Assembly (NCBI GenBank): GCA_963830365.1
Contig: CAWHMU010000039.1
Location: 20,841 to 84,840 of the forward strand
Direction: 5' to 3'
DNA length: 64,000 nt
From: an uncultured Chlamydiae bacterium
GTDB lineage: Bacteria > Chlamydiota > Chlamydiia > Chlamydiales > Parachlamydiaceae
This document shows, piece after piece, positions 20,226 to 29,652 of the stretch. The position numbers and the translations under genes are program-made. The stretch's first letter is position 1. The number at the start of each line of letters is the position of its first letter. Under the pieces are notes generated by a model. It did not search any database and was not told where the DNA came from. It worked only from the letters and a program-made list of their open reading frames with translations.

Positions 20226-21258
20226 ATGACTGATCCTATCAGCGCCAGAACCTCCCCCCTAGCCTGGCCGGACTATGCTGCCAACGAAACCCCGCTAAAA
20301 CAAGCCGCCGAACGCTCGACCAGCACCGAGGCTGAAGTTGCATCGCTCTACTACCAAAGCTCTATCCAGTCGCTAACCCCCCCCCCTTAATACCACCAAC
20401 GAGGCCACCGCCATCAAAGCTGTTAGCGCCGCGACGCCGGCAGTGCAAGAGAAATCTTTCTGGGGCAAAATTAAAGGGTGGTTTTCGAATCTGCTGGGCA
20501 TCGCCGATACAAAAGCCACCACCCCTGACCACGATGAAAGCCAAAAAACCTTAAATCCTGCCAATGCCAAGGCCGGCATCAACCAGCCACCCCAGCTTGA
20601 AGCTCCTGATGAAGCCGAACAGAAATATATAGCATCCGTCAATGAACTCAACCGCGCCATGATCGAACGCTGCGAAGATGAGATCGACAAGCTGCGCGAT
20701 GATTTAAATAAAGCCTCCCCTCACCAACTGGAAGTGCTGATCCACTGGAAATTCGTCGAACTATCCCTTGCCCAGCGCGATCTCAAAGAGCAATCCAGCA
20801 TAAGCCTCCAGCAAGATGTCCTCGCTCTGCAGAAGAAAAATAAAGGGCTGCAGGAAAACTACTACTCCATCCTCGAAGAGATCCAGGCCCGAGCCAAAAC
20901 AAATAAAATCCTGCGCTGGATCAATGTCGGTCAAACGGCCGGCTATGTGGGCATCATCGCCATCACCTTTGCCACCGGCGGCGCCGGCGCCATCTTAGGG
21001 CTAGCTCTTCCTATGCTAGCGGTCACCAAAGGCGGCACATCGCTTGCCGAAGGCGTCCTAAAATATAAAAACGATTTAAAAACCGGTGATCTGTTTGTGG
21101 TCAATGAAGACATCAAGACAAACAACAAAAAGACCAAAGGCGATTTGCTACCCGCCATGCAGACGATCAACGATGACATCAGCACCATATTCAAAGCGCT
21201 GAAACACCAGCTCGACGCCCACCAACAGACTGCGCAAATGCTGACGCGCGCCAAATAA
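20226..21258 (+). pseudogene. Major hydrophobic translocator (CopB/SctE-like), interrupted by a frameshift at C10 (20377-20386)
   Basis: AGGAG then ATG 20226; the downstream frame opens exactly at the C run; coiled coil followed by a hydrophobic hairpin (GYVGIIAITFATGGAGAILGLALPMLAV). Confidence 0.65.
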
Positions 21259-21291
21259 TCAACAATTCATATCCTTAACTAAGGTTTAACT

Positions 21292-22044
21292 ATGGCAGTC
21301 AATAATACAACTCAACCAGCAGTAGCAAGTATTGCAGAAGAGACTCTCATCAACAGCAAAAAAGCTACCGCTTTGCCTGCAGCTACTATCACCGACATCA
21401 ACCCCTATTATACCGACACCATCGCCAAAGCCGGTGAAATACTGCCCGCTGTCCAGCCCAAGGGCGAAAGAAAAAACATCATCGATATCGAATATGAAAA
21501 ACTATCGTTCGGCATAGATGCCGAATTGCAAAGGGACCATGTCAATTTCGAAAAACTGCTTAGGATGGTGCATAAAACTATCGCCTTCATGATGCGTAAA
21601 GCCCATAAGGCCGACCACGACTATCTGCATGAAGTCAATATCCAGCTCAAAGAACAGTCCATCAAGATCAAAGGCACCTACAATACCTGGTCTAGCATGA
21701 CCATCACCGCCTTCTCCGCCGCCATCAGCATCGTCGGTGGTGGCTTCGGACTAAGCCCCATGTTCCCCAAACTGGTGGCTGCCGATACGGCCGCCAAGCT
21801 GGCCTCCTCCTCCCAATCCATCACCGGTGCAAGCACAGGCGTCAGCGGTATCGGCTCGATATTCAACAACCGCTCAGAAGCTGACCGCTTTGTCGAGCAG
21901 CAAAATCTCAAGCGGCTGCAAGACAAAGAAGATGCACGCAAAGGCGCCCAGCATAAAAACAAAGAGACCGGCTCAGACACTCTTAAGACACATAAAGAAG
22001 CCGAACGCCTGCACCACGACACCAAACGCAGCATGCTCAGCTAA
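21292..22044 (+). CDS. Minor hydrophobic translocator (CopD/SctB-like)
   Basis: Single hydrophobic segment (MTITAFSAAISIVGGGFGL), Ser/Gly-rich helix, C-terminal coiled coil; follows the CopB-like gene. Confidence 0.6.
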   Translation: MAVNNTTQPAVASIAEETLINSKKATALPAATITDINPYYTDTIAKAGEILPAVQPKGERKNIIDIEYEKLSFGIDAELQRDHVNFEKLLRMVHKTIAFMMRKAHKADHDYLHEVNIQLKEQSIKIKGTYNTWSSMTITAFSAAISIVGGGFGLSPMFPKLVAADTAAKLASSSQSITGASTGVSGIGSIFNNRSEADRFVEQQNLKRLQDKEDARKGAQHKNKETGSDTLKTHKEAERLHHDTKRSMLS

Positions 22045-22092
22045 TAATCAGCAAAGATCTCTTGATTATGGATGAAACTCAGTCTGTTTTTT

Positions 22093-22233
22093 TCGCGTCT
22101 CTGCGTTTCCTCTGCGCCTCTGCGTTAAATTTTCCTGAGAGTATCGCTGCAGGAAATCTTGAATCATCATGCTTGGTTAATAACCAAGCCATCCGGTTCA
22201 ATGCAGAGACGCGGAGAAAATGCAGAGACGCAA
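22093..22233. repeat. GCAGAG 9-bp-periodic inverted repeat with arms in reversed order
   Basis: gcgtctctgcgtttcctctgcgcctctgcgttaaa ... ttcaatgcagagacgcggagaaaatgcagagacgc. Confidence 0.75.
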
Positions 22234-22323
22234 TGAAGTTTCCTTTTCTTTTTAGCAATGACAAAAATCAATCAAGCGCCTAATCTTAAGTCTTTCAACT
22301 TAAAGCAACACGTTATACTGCTC

Positions 22324-23523
22324 ATGATTAGAACTGCTTTGCGTCCTTTTAGCGGCATCCTGCTGGTGATGGGGACCTGTATCGGCGCCGGCATGCTGGC
22401 CCTGCCGGTGGTGACGGGGATCGCCGGTTTCTTGCCGGCCATTGCCGTCAATCTCTGCTGCTGCCTCTTTATGATGGCCACCGGCCTTTTGCTGCTTGAA
22501 GTCATCCTGTGGATGCCGGACGGCGCCAATGTGCTGTCTTTGGCCGGCCATTTCCTTGGCAAATGGGGCAAGCTCATCGGCGGCCTTTCCTTTTTATTCT
22601 TGTATTACTGCTTGCAAGTCTCCTACTGCGCCGGCGGCGCCCCCGCCTTTGCCAAACTCATCAACCAACTTTTTGGCTGGCAGGTTACCGGTGAAGCCAG
22701 CTTCTTGCTCTTTGCGGTGTTTTTCGGAGTGCTAGTCTTTTTGGGCGCTCGCAGCGTCAATAAAATCAATTGGCTGCTGATGGTGGGACTATTCATCTCC
22801 TTTTGCATGCTGATCGGCATCGGTTCAACAGAGGTGCAGGCTGGCTTGCTGGAGCGTGCCGACTGGAGAATCAGCCTGGCGGCCACACCGGTACTTTTTG
22901 GCGCCTACGGCTACCATAATCTGCTGCCAACCCTGTCGACCTACCTGAAGCGCCATCTCACCATGCTGCGCCTAGCTATTGTCGTAGGCACGCTGTTACC
23001 CTTCCTTATCTACTCCATTTGGCAGTGGATGATCATCGGTACGCTGACCTTGGCACAGATCCAGGCCGCGGATATGCGCGGCGAACCCATCACCCAGACG
23101 CTCCAAACCATTGTCGGACACCCCTGGCTGAGCCTGTCCGGCGAATTTTTCGGTTTCTTTGCCCTGGTGACCTCGTTCCTCGGCGTATCGCTGTCAATGG
23201 TCGACTTCCTCGGCGATGGCCTTAATATCAAACGCCGCGAAGGCTGGCTGCGCCTTGGCCTGTGCCTGGCGGTATTCATGCCACCGGCGCTTTTCGCCGC
23301 TTCCTACCCGGATATCTTCATCGAAGCCATGGGACTTGCCGGCGGCTATGGCGAGGCGATATTGAATGGCCTTTTGCCGATCAGCATGGTATGGGCGGGC
23401 AGGTATTGGCTAGGACTTGAGTCCGAATATAGCTTATTCGGCGGACGCCCCATGCTGATCGTGCTGCTGCTGATCACGCTGTTCATCATGGGCATCGAAA
23501 CACACCACCTCATTTTCAGCTGA
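22324..23523 (+). CDS. tyrP: Aromatic amino acid permease (HAAAP family, TyrP-like)
   Basis: GTCIGAGMLALP, YGYHNLLPTL and ALVTSFLGV motifs; about 11 TM segments. Confidence 0.85.
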   Translation: MIRTALRPFSGILLVMGTCIGAGMLALPVVTGIAGFLPAIAVNLCCCLFMMATGLLLLEVILWMPDGANVLSLAGHFLGKWGKLIGGLSFLFLYYCLQVSYCAGGAPAFAKLINQLFGWQVTGEASFLLFAVFFGVLVFLGARSVNKINWLLMVGLFISFCMLIGIGSTEVQAGLLERADWRISLAATPVLFGAYGYHNLLPTLSTYLKRHLTMLRLAIVVGTLLPFLIYSIWQWMIIGTLTLAQIQAADMRGEPITQTLQTIVGHPWLSLSGEFFGFFALVTSFLGVSLSMVDFLGDGLNIKRREGWLRLGLCLAVFMPPALFAASYPDIFIEAMGLAGGYGEAILNGLLPISMVWAGRYWLGLESEYSLFGGRPMLIVLLLITLFIMGIETHHLIFS

Positions 23524-23527
23524 GCAT

Positions 23528-25714
23528 ATGGCCGAACTCTTTGGGTACATCGAGCGCATCACCTTCCAGAACCCTGAGAACGGCTATACCATTGCGCAAC
23601 TCAAACAAGAGAAGCAAAGAGACCTAACCTGTATCGTCGGCAGCATGCCTTCGCTGAAACCCGGCGAAACCGTGCGCTGCCAAGGGGAATGGAAGCAGCA
23701 TCTCGTGCACGGCCGCCAATTCACCCTAACCTCGTATCATGTCGAAGCCCCGGCCGACGTGGTAGGCATAAAAAAATACTTGGGCTCAGGCCTTATCAAA
23801 GGCATCGGACCTAAATATGCCGGCCGCATCGTAGAGAAATTCGGTGCCAATACCCTGCACATCATCGACCAGGCCCCCGAGCAGCTGCTGGAAATCGAAG
23901 GCCTAGGCAAAAAGCGCGTGGAGAAAATCAAAGACTGCTGGAGCGAACAGAAGTCGATCCGCGAAGTCATGATCTTCCTGCAAGCCCATGGCGTCAGTCC
24001 CTCCTTCGCCCAAAAGATCTTCAAGACCTACGGACAGCAAAGCATCAAGATTGTGCAGAGCAACCCCTTCCGCTTGGCGCGCGACATCCACGGCATCGGC
24101 TTTAAATCCGCCGACGCCATCGCCCAAAAGCTCGGCATCCCCAAAGACGCCCCCGAACGCCTCGACGCCGGCATCGAATTCACCTTAAGCGAATGCTCCG
24201 ATGATGGGCATGTCTGCTTCCCGCTGTGCGAACTGATAAAACATGCCGAAGAAATGCTGGAGACAACCCAAGCTCTGCTAGAACCGCGCCTGCAAGCCCT
24301 GGCGCAGGAAAAGCGCCTTGAGATCGGCGAGATGGTGCATGCCGGCAAGCTTGAGACCTTCGTCTGGCTGCGTCCACTTTTCCTTTCCGAAGTCGGCATC
24401 TGCCGCCAGGCCGCGCGCCTGCGCCAATGCCATAGCCACCTGCGCGCCATCGACACCGACAAAGCGCTGGCATGGGTGCAGACGCATCTGAATATCAAGC
24501 TTGCCGATAACCAGCTGCAAGCCGTCGCTCAGGCCCTCAAGGAAAAAATCCAGATCATCACCGGCGGCCCAGGCACCGGCAAAAGCACTATCACTAAAGC
24601 CATCCTGTCGATTACTGAGAAGCTTACCAGTAAGATCATTCTGGCAGCTCCCACCGGCAGGGCGGCCAAAAGGATGACCGAAATCACCGGCAAAAAAGCC
24701 TCCACCATCCACAGCCTGCTGGAATTCGATTTCAAGACCGGACGTTTCAAGAAAGGGCTAGAAGCTCCGCTAGACTGTGATTTAATAATCATCGACGAAG
24801 CCAGCATGATCGACACCTCGCTGATGTATAACTTGCTAAAGGCTATTCCTGAACACGCCCGCGTGATCTTCGTGGGCGATATCAACCAGCTGCCAAGCGT
24901 CGGCCCGGGTAACGTACTTAAGGATATGATCGCCTCGCGCGTAATCCCCGTCACCGCCCTCAACGAGATCTTCCGCCAGGCGGCCGGCTCGCGCATCATC
25001 ACCAATGCCCACCGTATCAACAGCGGCGTCTTTCCAGATATCGGCAATGCCAGCGACAGCGATTTCTTTTTCATCGAGGTTGAATCGCCTGAAGATGTAT
25101 TGCGCGATATACAGGCGCTGGTCGCCCAGCGCCTGCCGAAGAAATACGGCCTGGATCCGGTCAACGATATCCAGGTGCTGGCGCCGATGCGGCGGGGCGT
25201 CATCGGCATAGAAAACCTCAACCTCGTCCTGCAGGAACAGCTTAATCCCAATGGCACTCCCCTATTCTGGGGAGGCAAACGCTTCCTGCCCGGCGATAAG
25301 GTGATGCAGATCCGCAACGACCACAAACGCGAAATCTACAATGGCGATATTGGCCGCATCGCCTCCATCGATGCAATCGAACAACAAATGATTGTCACGA
25401 TCGACGAACGCGATGTCGTCTATGAATTCTCCGATCTGGATGAACTGGTTTTGGCCTATGCCGTCTCCATCCATAAATTCCAGGGCAGCGAATGCCCCTG
25501 CATCGTCATGCCGGTGCATACCACGCACTTCAAACTGCTCCACCGCAACCTGTTATATACCGGCGTCACGCGCGGCAAGCGCCTGGTCGTGCTCGTTGGC
25601 ACAAAAAAAGCCGTCGCCCTGGCCGTCAAGAACGACGAAGTCAAAAGGCGTTACACCGGCCTGCAACAGGCTCTGATCAGCGCCTTCTCAACTTCGCTTA
25701 ATATCGCCCTATGA
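23528..25714 (+). CDS. recD2: RecD2 helicase
   Basis: YLGSGLIKGIG HhH region; TGGPGTGKS, APTGRAA, IIDEASM, GDINQLPSVGPG, HKFQGSE and YTGVTRGK motifs. Confidence 0.95.
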   Translation: MAELFGYIERITFQNPENGYTIAQLKQEKQRDLTCIVGSMPSLKPGETVRCQGEWKQHLVHGRQFTLTSYHVEAPADVVGIKKYLGSGLIKGIGPKYAGRIVEKFGANTLHIIDQAPEQLLEIEGLGKKRVEKIKDCWSEQKSIREVMIFLQAHGVSPSFAQKIFKTYGQQSIKIVQSNPFRLARDIHGIGFKSADAIAQKLGIPKDAPERLDAGIEFTLSECSDDGHVCFPLCELIKHAEEMLETTQALLEPRLQALAQEKRLEIGEMVHAGKLETFVWLRPLFLSEVGICRQAARLRQCHSHLRAIDTDKALAWVQTHLNIKLADNQLQAVAQALKEKIQIITGGPGTGKSTITKAILSITEKLTSKIILAAPTGRAAKRMTEITGKKASTIHSLLEFDFKTGRFKKGLEAPLDCDLIIIDEASMIDTSLMYNLLKAIPEHARVIFVGDINQLPSVGPGNVLKDMIASRVIPVTALNEIFRQAAGSRIITNAHRINSGVFPDIGNASDSDFFFIEVESPEDVLRDIQALVAQRLPKKYGLDPVNDIQVLAPMRRGVIGIENLNLVLQEQLNPNGTPLFWGGKRFLPGDKVMQIRNDHKREIYNGDIGRIASIDAIEQQMIVTIDERDVVYEFSDLDELVLAYAVSIHKFQGSECPCIVMPVHTTHFKLLHRNLLYTGVTRGKRLVVLVGTKKAVALAVKNDEVKRRYTGLQQALISAFSTSLNIAL

Positions 25715-26772
25715 AAAAAAATCCTAAGCCATTTACATTTAAGCCCGGGCGTTATCTCAAAGCCTACCTCTTAAGCACCCTCTCCGCCCTCCTGCTGGCC
25801 GGTGCGCTGTGGCTGCAAGAAGCAACCAAGGAAACGCTGCCGCCTACCTACGGCCAGACGGCAGAACTCTATGCCAACCAAAACAATGACGACCTCACCC
25901 TATCATTCACCAATGCCATCGATAGCGCCAAGCAGTCTGTCCTGCTGATCATCTACTCCCTGACCGACCCGAAGATCATCGCCAGCCTGCGCCACAAAAG
26001 CCAACAAGGCGTCGATGTGCATGTCGTCAGCTACGCCCAAGCCTCTCCATATATCGATAGCAAGCTAGGCTCTAAAGCCACCAGCCTCAGACGTTTCGGC
26101 CCCGGCCTCATGCACCTTAAAATTTTGGTCATCGATGGACACCAAACCTGGATCGGCTCGGCCAATATGACCACAGAATCGCTGCGTATGAATGGCAACC
26201 TCGTCGCCGCCATGGATGACCCCTTGCTGGCCCAAGTCGTCATAGCCAAAGCCAAAACCATGAAGGTTGAAGGACACGAAACTCACTTTCCATTTGAAAT
26301 TTTCAATATCGGCGGCCAGCGCATCGAACTGTGGTTCCTGCCCGACAACAAGGACGCCGTCGGTCGACTAAAGAAATTGATCCAGTCCGCCGAAAAAACG
26401 CTGCGCGTAGCCATGTTCACCTGGACCCGCCAGGATTTGGCCTATGAAGTCATCGCCGCCAGCAAGCGCGGCGTAAACACCCAAGTCGTCATCGACCACT
26501 ATTCTGGCAAAGGCGCAAGCGCCAAGATTGTTAAGCTGCTGCAAAAGAACGGCATCGACGTAGCCCTCAGCCGCGGCGGGCCGCTACTGCACCATAAATT
26601 CTTGTATATCGATGGCAGCATGCTGGTCAATGGCTCTGCCAACTGGACCAAAGCCGCCTTTACGCAAAATGACGACTGCTTCATTATCATGCACGACTTG
26701 ACAGCAGAGCAGCGCAAAAGCATGGAATCGCTATGGCATACGATCTACAGCGAAGCGGCAACGGTAAAATAA
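25711..26772 (+). CDS. Phospholipase D superfamily protein with two HKD motifs and an N-terminal anchor
   Basis: HLKILVID...GSANMT and HHKFLYID...GSANWT. Confidence 0.9.
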   Translation: MKKNPKPFTFKPGRYLKAYLLSTLSALLLAGALWLQEATKETLPPTYGQTAELYANQNNDDLTLSFTNAIDSAKQSVLLIIYSLTDPKIIASLRHKSQQGVDVHVVSYAQASPYIDSKLGSKATSLRRFGPGLMHLKILVIDGHQTWIGSANMTTESLRMNGNLVAAMDDPLLAQVVIAKAKTMKVEGHETHFPFEIFNIGGQRIELWFLPDNKDAVGRLKKLIQSAEKTLRVAMFTWTRQDLAYEVIAASKRGVNTQVVIDHYSGKGASAKIVKLLQKNGIDVALSRGGPLLHHKFLYIDGSMLVNGSANWTKAAFTQNDDCFIIMHDLTAEQRKSMESLWHTIYSEAATVK

Positions 26773-26790
26773 ACCAGGAAATAAGGAAGA

Positions 26791-27483
26791 ATGCACATGA
26801 AAATCGCACTGATAGGCTATGGCAAGATGGGAAAGATGCTTGAGCAAGCCGCCCTTGCCGGCGGACACTCTGTCATTGCCATCATCGATCCCAACTGCTC
26901 ACCACACACAACTATCTCTGCCGAGACCCTGGCAGATGCCGAGGTGTGCATCGACTTCTCCCACCCGAAACATGCTTTACAAAATATCAAGCAGGTTTGC
27001 GCCCTGAAAAAGAATCTGGTCATAGGCACCACCGGTTGGTACGAACATCTGCCTGAAGCTAGGCAGATGGTTGAAAGGAGCGGCATCGGCTTCATCCACG
27101 CCCCGAATTTCTCCATTGGGGTGGCCCTATTTACTAAAATTGTCGCCCAGGCCGCCGCCATCATGGATGCTTTTGACAACTATGATGTCGCTGGCCTGGA
27201 AATCCACCACAGCCAAAAAATAGACACCCCCTCAGGCACTGCCAAGCAGATCATGGCTAATTTGCACAAACATATGCCGCATAGAAAGAACGAAATTAGC
27301 TGCGCCAGCCTGCGTATCGGCAGCGAGCCCGGCACCCATGCAGTACTCTTCGACTCCCCAGCCGACACCATCACTCTGACACACGCCGCGAGGAATCGCG
27401 ACGGTTTTGTGCAGGGCGCCCTTGCCGCAGCCACCTGGCTGGAAGGCAAAAAAGGCTTCTTCACCCTTGATGATATGCTTTAA
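26791..27483 (+). CDS. dapB: 4-hydroxy-tetrahydrodipicolinate reductase
   Basis: IGYGKMGK, IDFSHP, VIGTTGW, NFSIGV and EIHHSQKIDTPSGTA motifs. Confidence 0.95.
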   Translation: MHMKIALIGYGKMGKMLEQAALAGGHSVIAIIDPNCSPHTTISAETLADAEVCIDFSHPKHALQNIKQVCALKKNLVIGTTGWYEHLPEARQMVERSGIGFIHAPNFSIGVALFTKIVAQAAAIMDAFDNYDVAGLEIHHSQKIDTPSGTAKQIMANLHKHMPHRKNEISCASLRIGSEPGTHAVLFDSPADTITLTHAARNRDGFVQGALAAATWLEGKKGFFTLDDML

Positions 27484-27497
27484 GCAAGCAACAAAAG

Positions 27498-27681
27498 TTC
27501 ACCACCGAGGCACAGAGCCACAGAGAAGCAACATAGACGTAGGTATACCTCCAAACAAATACTCTAGCAGGATGGTCAGGCTTACCCATCAGGCTAACTG
27601 GATGTATAGATGTGAGATTTACAATAATTTTTTGTAGTTCTCTGCTTCTTTGCGTCTCTTGGCTGTTCCTTGGCGTTGAAT
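27498..27681. repeat. 9-bp-periodic repeat arms between dapB and the LOX-like gene
   Basis: ttcaccaccgaggcacagagccacagagaag ... ttctctgcttctttgcgtctcttggctgttccttggcgttgaa. Confidence 0.6.
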
Positions 27682-27844
27682 TTCTTTATATGCAAGATCA
27701 CTCAAATAACCACACGCTGTTTCACTTTCCACCTTCATGCATAACTTTGTGCTTCAATGGTTAACACCCTTATTTCGTTCTCCTGTGGCATGTTATTTTC
27801 GATAGATGGTATATGGTAGGGCATCAAAAGCCTGGAGGTATATT

Positions 27845-29638
27845 ATGTCGCAAGCAAGCACTGCAGCACGTTATCTCTATGCATGGCATACCGGCACCCA
27901 CTTGGTTGAACCAGAACTTGGCGTGGGCAAGAACAGTAAGTATGCCGACATCAAACCCCCTTCCACCTTCCAACGCTCTGTTGCCGGCCGGTTAGTTTAT
28001 AACGACGACAAACTGCCGATCGCCAATATGAAAATTAACTTCTATTCCAAGGACTTTTTCAACTTCAAACATTTTGCAGGCTATGCAAGATCTGATGCCA
28101 ATGGCAACTTCAGCTTCCATTATAACTGGCAGCCCGGGATATTAACCCATTCACAACGCGTCGTCATGGAACTGGTCCAAGAATACCTGCCCTTCGCCAA
28201 GCAAGGATTGCCAAGCGTAAAAAGAGAAGCCTCACTGCAGCAGATTGAACGCCGCCTGCCGGTAAAAACCCACCATCACGCCATCGGCAATATACCCGCA
28301 AGTTACCACGATATCTCCAAAGACCTCACCGTCGTCGCCCACCCTATTCCCAGCCACTCCCAAACGCCGCAATATTTCTGGAAGCTCATATGGTCAGCCC
28401 TGGCAGAAATGCCGAAACGTCTTTTCATCGCCATTTTCGGCCGCTGGCTAAGTATTACCCAGGTGCAAAGGATCTACGACAGCTTCGGCGTGGTGCATGC
28501 GAAACGCCAGCTCAAGGCCGAAAATTTGATCGACGAACTCCTCAACCACGTCAGCGCAGTCGAAGGCCAAACGATAAACAACCAGATCATCTGGACAGCC
28601 AACTGGGACGGACTGGAACTGGACCAGCACGATTCGCTGCCTAACGTACGCGTTAAGGCCACCAAGGACGCCACCGGTTATTTAAAACTGGACTCCATAG
28701 CCGTCAAATTCCGCAGCGATGCCAAAGAGCAGATCGTCAGGCCCGGTGATGACAAATTCGATTGGGCACTCTATCTGGCGCGTTCAACCTTTGCCTTGAA
28801 AGGCGAAGGCGAGCTGCATCTTGGCGAAGGGCACATCCTGCCCGGCATCCCCGCCGAAGAGTTCTTCAAATATGTCACGCCGCAAAACCCCCTCTATTCT
28901 GTGTTGCAGCCACATCTCGGCCAGATTGACTTTATCGATTGGCTCGGCTCAAAAGGCGTGATATTTGGCAGCGGCAGCGTGCTTGACATGTCGGCATTAA
29001 GCACCAATGATGTCGCTCAACTAGTCATCAACGCAGTCAAAAAGAAGGCCGACTGGAAAAGCTATAAGCCCCGAGCACCGCTGGCTGTCAATCACTACTT
29101 TGCCAAAGGTGAGCAGCTGCATTACAACCTGCTGCTGGGATTCTTAAAAAACTATATCGCTAAGAATCACAAGGCCATCACCAAAGACTGGGCGGCAGTG
29201 CATCGCTGGTCGACAGCCATGCAGGACAAACTCGACACCTTCCCAGCTTTGACAACAAACAAGACAGCCCCAACCATCGCCGACTTGGCTAACTTAACAA
29301 AGTTCTGCGCCTGGCTGGTAACCAAGACTACATTTTTGCATTGGGCCGCCCATTCGCGCCAGCAGCTGCTTACCGATATACGGCAGACAAGCCTGTCCGT
29401 AAAAGGCAAGGCGCTGGATGCCAAGGGGTGCTTTCAACCCTATGGCAATACTACGGTGGATGATGCCAATATGCAGCTGTTCATTGCGCGCGTGCTTTGT
29501 AATTTCAATGGCGACAGCATTTTCAAAAATCCATATGGCGACGTCAATAAAGAGCTTTTGGCATTGCTAAAAAAGCATGTGGGGGATTATGAAGGATATG
29601 ACGATATTCTGAAAATGTTCATCACCACACAAATCTAA
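27845..29638 (+). CDS. Divergent lipoxygenase-like protein with an N-terminal beta-sandwich-like domain
   Basis: HLGEGH...NPLYSVLQPH, FLHWAAHSRQ and C-terminal Ile match the arrangement of LOX iron ligands; GGAGG RBS. Confidence 0.65.
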   Translation: MSQASTAARYLYAWHTGTHLVEPELGVGKNSKYADIKPPSTFQRSVAGRLVYNDDKLPIANMKINFYSKDFFNFKHFAGYARSDANGNFSFHYNWQPGILTHSQRVVMELVQEYLPFAKQGLPSVKREASLQQIERRLPVKTHHHAIGNIPASYHDISKDLTVVAHPIPSHSQTPQYFWKLIWSALAEMPKRLFIAIFGRWLSITQVQRIYDSFGVVHAKRQLKAENLIDELLNHVSAVEGQTINNQIIWTANWDGLELDQHDSLPNVRVKATKDATGYLKLDSIAVKFRSDAKEQIVRPGDDKFDWALYLARSTFALKGEGELHLGEGHILPGIPAEEFFKYVTPQNPLYSVLQPHLGQIDFIDWLGSKGVIFGSGSVLDMSALSTNDVAQLVINAVKKKADWKSYKPRAPLAVNHYFAKGEQLHYNLLLGFLKNYIAKNHKAITKDWAAVHRWSTAMQDKLDTFPALTTNKTAPTIADLANLTKFCAWLVTKTTFLHWAAHSRQQLLTDIRQTSLSVKGKALDAKGCFQPYGNTTVDDANMQLFIARVLCNFNGDSIFKNPYGDVNKELLALLKKHVGDYEGYDDILKMFITTQI

Positions 29639-29652
29639 CACATCCGGATACT

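Noticed and set aside
23528..26772. RecD2 plus PLD as a helicase-nuclease defence system
   Set aside because: RecD2 is a canonical housekeeping type, the PLD has a membrane anchor, and both sit in a core-like operon with dapB; the 4-bp overlap alone is not evidence
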